The position numbers and the translations under genes are program-made. The notes beneath the pieces were generated by a model. The model was not told the origin of the DNA. It searched no databases and worked only from the letters and a program-made list of their open reading frames with translations. 61,135 bases of DNA from Catajapyx aquilonaris (Eukaryota). This document shows, piece by piece, positions 26,801 to 38,616 of the stretch (the stretch's first letter is position 1; the number at the start of each line of letters is the position of its first letter). The DNA is taken from contig JYFJ02002242.1 in NCBI GenBank assembly GCA_000934665.2, positions 1 to 61,135 on the forward strand, written 5' to 3'.

Positions 26801-27046
26801 ATTAGTGCAATTGCCACGGTTCCAGCTCCTAGTCATGTTTCTGGCAGAAAAAGAGAAGACTGGTGAGTTATGTTGTTAGATTAAGGCCGCCGGATACCTC
26901 TTGCACCTTAAGTGATACTGCACAGTAATACATCTTTTTTTCTCTCACTCTCCTTTTTAGAAGCAACTATCATCTTTGAGGTGTTGAAAGAAGGAGGGTT
27001 TGATGAGGGAGAAGCAAGACTGCTAATGGAAGCCTTTGGAATATAG
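20830..27046 (+). CDS. SPAG1: Sperm-associated antigen 1 (TPR + RPAP3_C co-chaperone, dynein assembly factor); exons 20830-21014, 21078-21378, 23813-24188, 25055-25286, 25602-26437, 26689-26862, 26961-27046
   Basis: SPAG1 N-terminal motif DIPIEHLDFEYVKAC...ILRSGEEGRYP, DYDAWEKYD, a TPR clamp (KEDGNHYF...YNNRA...NVKALLRR) and C-terminal RPAP3_C (TPFEFMREW...LVQLPRFQLLVMFL). All junctions are GT-AG and in phase. Confidence 0.93.
21383..22761. mobile_element. TIR element (PIF/Harbinger-like termini) in SPAG1 intron 2
   Basis: GGGGTCATCCATAAA at 21383 and TTTATGGATGACCCC ending 22761, with an extra left-end copy at ~22305. Confidence 0.6.
25687..25854 (+). repeat. Coding tandem repeat, 57-bp (19-aa) unit x ~3
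   Basis: AAA(S/E)HPKIIE(V/L)VE(E/D)TFID repeated three times in SPAG1 exon 5. Confidence 0.9.
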
Positions 27047-27216
27047 CACCTGTTTTGCTCATATATTACATTTTATTTTGTGCCAGAGTTGTTGGAGTCA
27101 AAGGTTATGTTTTACTGAATATAATTCGATGTATTTTCACACTGGTGGCAGTGGTGGAAATACCAAAAATACAAGGATCAAGTTAAAGCTCTTGAGTTGG
27201 TAGTGGGTAGAATCAT

Positions 27217-30200
27217 CTAAAAGTTCTGTGCAGATCCCCCACCCCGGGAGTCAGCATATGCAGAAAAGTCATCTATAATCCTCTGCACCATGTTGACACT
27301 TGGATATGGCTCCATGACAGGCTGGAAGGTGTAGCCTAGATGGTGCAGTTCGTCCACCACTTCCTTAGGAAGCCTTTCTCGCTTGCCTTCTGAAAGATTA
27401 CATATGATAATATAAATCAACCTCGAATGACACTGTTGATCAGCATTCAGTGACAGCACACTTACTGCATGAATAAATATGCTACATCAACCATCAAGCG
27501 TTTCTAGCAATTACTTGGACAAGGGCTTAGAGAACCATTTGGTGCTCACAAATGGTATGGAACGTTTTCAGATCTCTTACACCAAAATGTTTTGAGAGCA
27601 ATGCATACGTTCAAGCCTCAGTCTTGCAGTGGAAGCTTGTGCAATCACTCTTGGACCTTCCACACTCTCCTCCAGCTTTCCAGAAGACATCCAGCCAAGG
27701 AGTACCTCAGCAGCCAGGGAAGCATCAGTGGCCCCAGTGGCCAGCCTGCGCCCGCAAGGCCTACCCCACTCCCACACCACAGCAGGTGAATACTTGGACA
27801 GGGGACGCTTCCCAGGGGACTGGACATTGTTAGATGCTCCACTGCTGCTTGTGGCATTGGATGGAGCAAAATGGGTCAGGGCATTGTTCAGAACCACACC
27901 TGATTGGCGGTGGACTATGCCTGAACCAAACAGGTCACCCAAACCACTACGGAATAGGGAAAAGAGACACTGATGGATCCGGTTTCAACTGCTTGTGAAC
28001 AAAAAAAGACTTGCTCTTACCTGATGACAGACACCTGCAAGTCATTGGCATCCATGGCGGCCACATGCGTCCCAACTAGCTCCAGTATCTCTGGGGTGGC
28101 GTGTTCAGGCAATACCCTCTCATTTGAAACCTGGCACCGCATCTCTGCTGCCTCTGTTTTACTCACCATCTGCTCTGTTAGGTTCCAGACACCAGTTTCC
28201 AGGTAAGGGTCTCCCAGCTGGGACTGATATATGGAGGCTATCCTCACAGACTCCAGGAGATGGTGTATGGCCTGCGAGGCATTCACACTACTGTTCTGGC
28301 TCTCCATTAGGTTCATGATGGCCAGCAACTGTGGACCAGCAGAGGGTGGGCCAGGAACACACACACCCACACCTAGCACTTGCACGAGGAGGGCTTCTAC
28401 CCAGCGAGCCTTGTAGGAATGCATGTCCTCGGGTGAAAGCCCTCCTCCTTCCACTCTCACCACGTAGGTTAAGTTGCCTGCAGTGTCCTGGTAAAAGGCA
28501 TCAGGACCATCAGACGCAATCCGTTGGAGAAGACCAGCCAGAGCTGGCCGATGAACTGTAATCCCATCTGCTGGAGAAGCAAATAACACAATATACATTT
28601 TGCTCAACATTAACCAAATGCAGTGAGTGATACCTAATACATTCAATGTGGATCTTAAACAAAAGTAAAGTGTAATATCAGGTTAGTTCAGAACAAAACA
28701 AAACTTCAAGTGGAAAATTAGAAAATTTCCAAGTGGCCTTCCTCACATGTGCTTACAAGTTAGTCAGTGATGAATGACCACCAGTACTACCAGCCAAAAT
28801 CTGAGAATGACATAGCCTAACCTGAAAGGATGCAAATTGCCCTCATTGATCATGCCAGACACTCCATCATTGTTGTTAAACACACTGTCACACAAAAAAA
28901 TGTTAACATTAGACCAAATTATGAGGGCATGCTGATAATTTTTGCCTTCATGGACACAGAATGTGTAATACATGTCATAGGACAATGAGAGCAACATCTT
29001 TTTTTTTTTTTTTGCATTACCCCATATCTACACATATATGGGGGGTGGATTACCACCATCGGGATTATTTTTGGAGCGAGTCAAGATTTAATCTTGTTAG
29101 TATGCTCCAAGGTAATTAGGAGGGGATGTGCAAAGTGCGTGTGCGCTGTCGAGTAGTGGTCATTTTGTGAACTCCCCCGGGTGGCTTAGTCTATCGGAAA
29201 TTGCCACCCGAAACGAATCCAGAGATGGCCCAACTCTGCACGAAAGAAGGTGGGAACCCCGGGTGGGGATTGAACCCGGGACCTTAACTTCCGTGGGCGC
29301 GCGCGTTACCGCGGCGCCACTCCGTCTCCCTAGAGCAACATCAAATGAAAGCCTGGAATCTCTTCTTCAAAACCATATATTTAATTTCTTTCATAATCAC
29401 CACCTATCTCATATCTCTATTATTCAATTTACAAGATTTCACACAATAACAGGATGTTGGAATCAGAAATGTGATCTCATCTTACCCACATTACGAGATA
29501 TGCCACTATTTCCTCAAAGTAAGGCATCGCTTTAAGATCAAAAAGTGATCCATGAGTTGATCAGTGTTATTAATTATAGTAGGCTAACTGTTGCAAGCAA
29601 TAGCGCATATAAACCCACAACAGACCACTTCCAGCGATGAGCGTCGAGACAGTGGCCACATGAATAAAAGCCACACTTGCAATATGTGACATGATATTGT
29701 TCATCCATTTCCATTAGACTACTGTAGCCAAAACGTTGCTAATCCAGCTGCAGTAAACTAATGTAGCCAGGTAAGCAGCATTCAAATTAATTGCGCATTG
29801 CAGTTATGAATTTTTTCAGCCTGGCTGCAATAACACAATGGCACTAACATCTTAATGCACTCCTTGCTTACCATAGAGGTATCCAAGGAGGGATCTAAGG
29901 AGGTATCTCACCTTTTATTTCAAAGAGTGCCTTCATCCATTCCCGTTGGTTAGCCGTCCTTTGTAATGCAGATTCCAGGTGCCTTGGTACTGGGAACCCT
30001 TCCTGAGCCAACGTTACAGATGGAAGCACCACTGATTCCCACGGCAGCACCCCCAACCTCCTGTGCGCAAGATACAGGCCAGCCAAGGTGCCAGGCACCC
30101 CCACAGTATCTCCGGCCCCCTCGGCATCCAAGACCGGTCGATGCTCAGGAGCTGTCTCTCTGAAGTCAACTGCATGACACTCCCCAGTAATGTGGTCCCT

Positions 30201-30772
30201 CACCACCATGAAGCCACCCCCACCTAACCCTGTCACATGGGGATGAACAACCCCCATGCACAACGTGCCTGCAACAGCTGCATCCACTGCATTCCCACCC
30301 TTCTCTATTGCCTCCCTGGCGATTTTGGTGCAATACAAGCTGTCCGTCACCACCGCACCCTTCGGCCGCACCTCCGGCTCCCCGAGATGTATCTGGACCA
30401 TTAGGGCAATTGCGATTCCGATGGACACGACCGCAAACGCAGCCAGGATGAGTGTGAGGCCAGGCTCTGACTCGTTGCATGACGTGCACCATTGTCGTGG
30501 CGACGCATGCACAGCCGTCCTCCCACGAAGCGGTGCGCTCTCCGTCGCTTCGGGGCTCACGTACGGACCCAAGATGGAAGACCGGGACCCTGCAGCCAGC
30601 CATTACACTTGACGCAACGTTCTCAAAGTTTTCCACCACCAAAGAAGCAACAATAAGCCCATTAGCCTAAAGTACACAAGTGTCAGCTAGCATTACCACC
30701 TGTTACCACTACTTTTGTGAGCATCTTTTTGTGCCATGCTGAATGAAGTATACCTGCCCGTTCCTCCCTCAT
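27217..30772 (-). CDS. GGT7: Gamma-glutamyltranspeptidase / glutathione hydrolase 7-like; exons 30772-30754, 30589-29912, 28570-28021, 27946-27609, 27389-27217
   Basis: Type II TM anchor, GGNAVDAAVAGTLCMGVVHPHVTGLGGGGFM, DFRETAP, VGVPG, PPSAG, QLGDP, FGSGIV...LNN, PGKRPLS, ADSRGGG. A 19-nt first coding exon (MREERA-G) restores frame. Confidence 0.88.
28999..29331 (-). mobile_element. tRNA-derived SINE (family D) with poly(A) tail
   Basis: Same head as 9387 and 54031 (B-box GGTTCAATCCC). 11-bp TSD AGAGCAACATC (28988-28998, 29332-29342) and an A-tail. Confidence 0.85.
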
Positions 30773-33700
30773 GATGTCCAGCAAGGGTCAAAGGTCATTC
30801 TCTGGACATTGTGGCCAGCACAGCAGCAAACACACACGGAGAGGAGAAGAACAAGCGATAATACCGTAAGAGCATAACGGTAGTGGTAGGTAGGGTGGGA
30901 GCTGCAGCGTGGTTGCCAGATGAAACTAGTAATACGTCACACCAATGGCCATAAGTTAAAAGAGAAATATATTATATGACCGGGCTTTTTGTCTTGATTC
31001 GTTTTGGACGGTCGGTCGGTGAGATGAAGAAGGAATTCAGGCGCTGGCCACCTGCTGCATTGCATGCTCGGTCAACATACGCCATAACGTGCGGGTGATG
31101 GATCATTAGCAAAGTCTTCCGTTTGAATCAGGAAGTGATGATGTCCGACTTGCCAAATTCCTGAGTGCTTAAAAGAGTATTGTTGTGTCACGCACACTTT
31201 TTTTTTAAATCGTCGTGTACTATCATGAATGTGTTGTAAAAAAAAAATATGATTGCGTTAATGGCAGAGCAATCAACCTGGAAACTTGGCTGATTTGTAA
31301 TGAGCATGTTTCTCAAATAAATATAGTGAACCCGTTGCCAAAATTTAGCAACACTGCCCGGCCCGCTTCCCCACTACTTAAACGTAGTACGTAGGCCACT
31401 ACCAGTTGGCATACGTAAGCTACGTAATCCATGTGGTAACTACGAGGACAAAGTCACGCCTAGTTAATTCTATATACGTAATTATGTCAATAACTTAATA
31501 TGACAATAAATGTGTCCACTGACCACTGTCTTAATCAGTATGCTACTACAAAGGGCAGATTTATGTTACATGCTTTATAGTCATGTTGCATATGATGGCT
31601 AGGACCCAGGTAATGTGATATATAGCGGTTGTATTAAACCTGAAACGAGTGGAATATGTCGGAAGTAGTGGAGTACACCTGTACACGTATGAAGTGCGAG
31701 AATGTGCTGGGCTGTTGGGCGGGTAGGCCAGGGAAGTGTGACCAGCACATGATGGAATATGCTGCAGTGTTTTATGCATGGATCACTTTGGCTGATGTTG
31801 GGGATGAGTTTTAAAAAGTGCTTATCATCCAATTGTATACGCACTTTTTTACTTTCGGTTATTTTTTTAATTTTTTGGGAAGGCAGGCTTGTAATTATTG
31901 CTTATCAATACTCCCAGATCTTACATGCACCTGAATTGTTATTGCGTGATGCTAACAGCACACCACTGAGCCCAATCATGTACTTGTGTATGCTACTTAT
32001 CTCAATACTTGCACGACTACTTACTACTGAAACATGCATCTTACATGCTTTGCTACTCTTCCTGCCACCAAAACATTACTGCATTGTCCTTACATGAGAA
32101 AAAAAATTATATAAAATTGCTCCTCTATCTGTGACAGTTGCCCGTTTTGCAGTATACAAACTTCCAGGTTATCTTGGGCTTTGTTGACAAGTTGACGATT
32201 CCGTAAGTAGGTTGTGTAACAGTGCAAAATAATATCAATGCTACGTATTTTATTGGAGCATAAAATGGCCCAGAGGTGAAATAATATCTCAATTTTAAAA
32301 AAAGCATATTTATATTAGTAGTACCGTATATCAGATCAATATGCAAAATAGATGCATATTAAAATAAATATGTGATACTTGCAGGTGTATGTCATTGTTC
32401 CCTGAGTGCCCCTACTTTGCAACAGGTAAGGGTCATGGACCAGGTTATTGTAGAGGGGCAGGGCTCTGTGGGGAGTTGGAATGGTGGGTGGGAGGGGGAT
32501 GGGATGAGGGAGGGAGGAGGGGTGGGAGTCAACCATCCTTCGTCTCTCACCGTAACTTGCAAAACCGGACGAGGCAGTTTGTGTCGCGAACCCAGTGATA
32601 GCACATCGTGCATAACACGCAGCAGGTAGGTCGTACTGCTAAAACATAAAATTAGATCACTTTTAAGGAGGAAACTAGTGTACAATAATATTTTTGTAGC
32701 TCATGTAGTTACGATGGAGTGCATACAGTATTGATAGCTGACGGATTTAAAACTAATGACAAAAAAAATATTTAAAGAAAATATAACTATCCAACCACAA
32801 TATCCTTAACATTTGACGAAGAAAAAATGCGTGACATTGGAAGTCACTCACACTTGACATTTGCATAAGACATAATGCAATATGATTGTATTGCAAGTAA
32901 TATTTTATGACTGGCCTGATAATACCAAATATTATTGCTATTTACAGTAGTCCTAAGTATCACCGATTATACAGTAGTACTGCAATGTTTGCATCGTAAT
33001 GCACCTGCTATGTAGGCTAACACAACATAATCCGGCTATGCTACTTTGCTAATATGCTGGTGTGTTAAGAGAAGCGATGTGTCTCATAATTTGCGGTTGT
33101 TACGATGAAGGACTTCAATGTGATGACTTTAATGGCATTTTTATTTCTTGGGTCACTTGCTAGAGAGAATATGTATAGCCTGATTATTTTGTAAAAAGAT
33201 TGGTAATTATACAGGAAGTTTAAGTGAGGCACAATGTCAGCATGAAGTAAGCGTACTATAGAAAAAGCATGCGGAATATGTTTTTTGCGTATAATTTTTT
33301 ATCGTGGTAAGCCAGCTGTGTAATTATTATAATGATATTGAGCACTGCAGCAGAAGTGAATATTATAGTGGTCGTCAGCTAGGAAATGAAGAAAACTACT
33401 TAATTTCTTAGTTGGTAGGGTTTTGCCTCCAATTAATGGCAAATTAACTCCTTTGATCGATTAATCGAATAAAAATTATTATGAAAGGCAAAGCTATTGT
33501 TGTAAATACACCTCTTGACCATCTATTCGTGTCACCTTTTGCTCAATTGTTTCATAAACTTTACTACAGTATTGCTGGATTACTTATTTGAACTTTAGGT
33601 ATATTTCTAACTTATTTATATTTATATTTCTGCCATTAGAATAATTATTGTCATGTTATTGTTATTCATATGATGTAAGACTATGTTTTTTTTAAATGAC

Positions 33701-36700
33701 TAAAAGACCTTGTGTCGAAGATATTTACATTATGATCACTGTAAATAATGAAATACTATTTGAAAGCTTTTGTATTTCATGAATAATGAGGTAGTGCATA
33801 CTCTCCAGAAATATTTCAACCTTCTGTAATAAGGCATTTAAAAATGTCATGTACCTGAAACTGAGAGTGGACTACTAGGTATTGTTATTCTGGCCTAAAA
33901 GCTTCCCAAAACTTCCTAAAACAGTACCGTAACTGACATCGCTATATAGACGCCTAATTTTATCATAAATTCCGCCCATACCTAAACAAGCTACTCTTTG
34001 ACACACATCATATGCTATATTTCATAATATTTAATCGTCTTTATATGATTTACTAATTAACCCCAATGTATGATTTTACAGGCCAAACACTGACCCATTT
34101 CATAATCTTGTAGCCTCGAAGTAAGATTCACCAGATATTCCGAGCTCAAGGTTGAAAAGGTTGCTGACCTCCTCTAAAATATATTCCGAAATATTTTAAA
34201 ACAAACAGCTTGCTTTCTTGCACGCTGTAACATTTGCTTCACAAACGTTTAATAATCGCATTATGCATGCCGTAAACAGGTAATACACTCCATGCTTGGG
34301 AGGTGTGGGTGATATTCTTGCCCCCCAGAACCTTAGAAAGTTGCAAATCTCCTTCCAAACACGCGTGTAAAAGTCGTGCAAAAAAAAAGGCGACGGCCAT
34401 GGCCTTCACCGGTGTCCGTCAAGTTATTTCTCCCGGACAACGATCTGATGGGCAAGTCAGATTTTCGGGTCACCCGGTTAACATCCTCTCAGGAAGTCCA
34501 AGCAGGATTCTTCAAGCTGCGGCCCATTCATCTATAACAATAAGCCAGCAAGGGTTCTATAAAAACTGACTGTCACGATGTGGGTTTGCTTAGTTCCGCC
34601 TGCTTTTCGCGTATTATCAATTTTTTTTCTTGCCTTGTTTCACCTTTGACCCTGTGGCTGCGGTTAGCTGTGAAATTAAGAAATACTTCGTACCTTATGA
34701 ACGTCACGCACAAACGGACTACCTGAATGCAGGTTTTCATCGGCAGCTTATACAGCAGGGAGGGTTTCATGAATTATGCATGCACAGCCTCCCAAAAAGA
34801 ATTCCCTTGACAAATTAGAGATGAGTGACGACAATACGGGGAGAAATCATTAAGTAAATGCTGCAGTTACCTTCCTGAACCATAACTCGACCCATAAACC
34901 CGTCATGATGACTACCTGACCATCGTCGTAATGCTATTCAGGTGTATGTACCCGCCTTGACCCGAATGTGCTTCACACCACGTGGTCACTTCCTATTGTC
35001 ATTTTTCAAATTCGGATTAATAATAATAATTACGTGGGCTACCTTTTACTCGTATAAGAGCGCGTGATTTGTGAGCAATATTTTAAATGATGCTTACGAG
35101 CCTGCTGTCTGGCGTAATTGAATGGGAAAATAGAGGGTTTATGCGCGAATGGCGTGATCTCTTGGCACAGAACAACTTGGCCCACTCGGAAATGCGTACA
35201 CCTTGCACAAATTATAATGAATTATTACAGTGTAGAGTATAGGCTTATTAACAAGATGTTAGGCCACGCGATATCCGGCAAATTCATTTTCATACTCCAT
35301 CACAGACCCGGACATTGTTTCATTTGGGATACTTCATGTGCGACTATTGGATTGCCATATTTGAAAACAAAATGTGATTGGAACAAGTCCAGAGAAATAA
35401 TATTCCAAAATAATAAATCATTAATAATAATATTCGTAGAATATAATAAGAACTGAAGTATAAAATATTATTTTGCGTCATCACCTACGTCAGAGTACTG
35501 GTGTATCTGCCATATGATTACATCAACTTGTATAAAGAGCAGGAAGTGCAGGAAGTCATCGCACGAGACAGTAGGATAATGATTTGGTTCTCCATAATAT
35601 TCAAATGCGAATTGCTTATACCGCACAACGGATATTACGGAACTCGTATTTTTAACCCTTTGGTGACAACATAATTATTTGATGGCAGTGATCTCATAAA
35701 GTACTGCACAGTACTTTAGGAAAATTACATTGAACAGAGAAATTTTGAAATTTTGAATTTTTTATAGTCCAATACGAACTAGTCATACAGTAGGCCTACT
35801 ATTTATCCATTAGAGATGGATATATGGATGAAATGACATGGAGAACATAATAGAACCATGATAATTTAACTTAGTAGATCGAAAAACAAGCAAGCTTTAA
35901 TTGCAGCTCAAAATTGGAGACTTAATTGGAAAATGAGAGTTACTAATGTCGAAATAAGTACGTACGTCCTTATTCCACAAAAATAGAGGGGCAAAAATAA
36001 TAATGAGAATTTTAAACCGCTTATGCTGCTGCATGCCTGCATGCAACGAATAGTGCTTTTTGAGGTATGCCCATTAAAATTGCTGGCACCGCACATGCAA
36101 AGTGTATCATTCCGCTTTAGGTAGATATTTTTTGCTCTAAACTTTTAAAAAGTCACTTTTGATGTCTCAGGTACTTTTAGTGGTCATCAAAACTTCTGAC
36201 TAACTGAATTGCCGATTAGGAATTATCCGATGGAACTATTGACAGCGAAGGTGAAGGTCAGTTTGAAAATTTCAGGCAAGATTCCCTTGGTTTAGATAGC
36301 GTGGGTCCTTGCAATCTGGTATTACCAACATAAACCCTAAAAGTGACAATTCAAAAGTGTTTTAAAATGAGGAGTTTATGGCCCCAAAAAACGCAAGCTA
36401 AAAAGAAAATTTCAATCTGACACCCTGTATTATGTAGGTAAATAGGTCATGGATTAGGTGTATCGTCCTTATCATGTAGGCCCCTAGAATGGTCACCATG
36501 GGTAGCTTACCCACTTGGGTTGCTGGCTGTTCACTTCTATAATTTCATATAGCCTTTGTAACCAAGCAAGGGCCCCTCCCCCTGGAAATGCTGTAACGGT
36601 GTATGAAGAAGTTGTGAAATAAATAGCAGCAGCAAATAAGAAAACAAGACTCGTTCATTATTTTGGGAAATCAAAATTGTATATTAGAAAAACATTAAAT

Positions 36701-38616
36701 AGCTAACCAGCATGTTACCATTTGTGGACTGTGTATAAAGCGAAGATTTTTAATTCGCCAGACATTGTTAAACGAATTAATAGGAAACATTTCTACTTCA
36801 CTTCCTGGACAAAAAATATTGTACGCTAATTTTGTTTCTCCATCCATTATGTGTGTAACACTTGCAAACTGTCCAAAAGTAACCTCCTCACCTACTTGGC
36901 CAAGATGAACTGCTTGTGTGTCCGTTTGAGGCGGATAAAAAAAGAGAAACCTCACGAAAAAAAAAAGGTAGATCAAGGAGGCAATTATGACGCCATATAC
37001 ACCCCGGCCGAGCAAAGTGACCGGGTAGAAAAACGTGTTTTGGGAAGTGACACCCATTTGCGCTGGCTCCAGGCAGTTACCTGATCTTCTTCACCTTGGA
37101 AAGGTCTTCGGGGTGGGGTAAGGACAACGGTCTCCCCATGCATTTTGCACAGTCCTACTGGTCTCTGCTCCCATCTGGCCCACCACCACGTGATACCGGC
37201 CTTCCAGGTCGATCAGCTGCATATGCACCTACAACCAGCTTGGGCAGTTGACCATTGGATTTCCTATGTCCATTACATCGCTAATGGCACTTTGGACCTA
37301 ACCTACATACCAAGATGCAAACCTTTGATTGTGGGTTTTAAAGTGGCGATATTATGAAGGAGAGGGTCACAACATCGAGACGCTTAAAATTGGCCAATGC
37401 CAGTCTAATTTTTGGTCATTACCAATAAGTCTAACCTGATTGAAGATGCTGATAATGGCTGCAATTGTGTGCAATTACACCTAATTTATCTCATGGATTC
37501 TCTTGCACGTTTTGGAATTGTGTGCTGCACAATTGGCTTCTTCTTCCTCTCATTTTGCATCCGCCTCGAATATAATTACTCTAGTAAATATAATCTCCAT
37601 CGCCAATAATGACTCATGGCCGCGTACGGCTCTTGCTATGCATCATCAACCTTCCAATTATCACAGCGTTAGTACATCATGCTGTTAGTATTTCGTTCAT
37701 GACACTGAAGTATGAGTGGGAAAAGAAAAGTGGTATGGAGGACGACGACACCGGGTGTACCGGTATAACCCGGAATCAAATCAGCATATCTGATGAAGGG
37801 GGCCGTCCTATGCTCGTAGTTTTAACAACTGGGATTTTGCAGGCACTCCTAGCCTTGACCTACTGTATATTGAGATCTAGCATTTTATGGCTTTGTTTAA
37901 CTGGCTATAAAATTGCGCGTTTAAGTGTTGGTTATTGCGAAATGCAAGTGAGAGTGCCTATAACTGATGCAGCTCATTATAACTCACAATAAATTATTGA
38001 AATTGGATTTTTTGCATTGCAATATTACCCTCACCCACCCTAAATTCCAAACTACACTGTCCTTCCGATTATCCGGGCTAATGACTGCACGAGTGTTGCC
38101 GGATAATCGGAAAACACGGATAATCGGAAGATGGTCTTAGACATCGTAAAAAATGAGCTATGCACAGGTTCTTAATGTACTACTATTATAGAGAATTTGC
38201 AGCTTGGCTGAATCAAAATAATGGAACTTACCATAGATTTTTATTTTGTCTTCTAGAAGAAGTCTACTACGTCTTCGTTGGCAATACATATTGACATTGG
38301 GTGAAATTTTCGTCCCACTGCTAGTTACTGCTAACTCTTAGCAGTACCAGTGTTGGCACTGGTAGTCTGGTACTTCTAAGTTAGTAGTACGAGTATTAAG
38401 CAGTGGGGCGAAAATTCGACACATTTTTTCGGACTGTAATTTTAAATTATTGTTTTTTTGCGATCACGGGCAATCCGCGAATTGCCCGTGATAGCAAAAA
38501 AACAGTAATAAAGACACGTGCAAACAGAAAGTACATACAGTGATCTTAAAATAGCCTACTTTTGGCACTTATTATTTTTATTTTTATTATTTCCAGATGG
38601 ATAGGTGAAATCCGGA

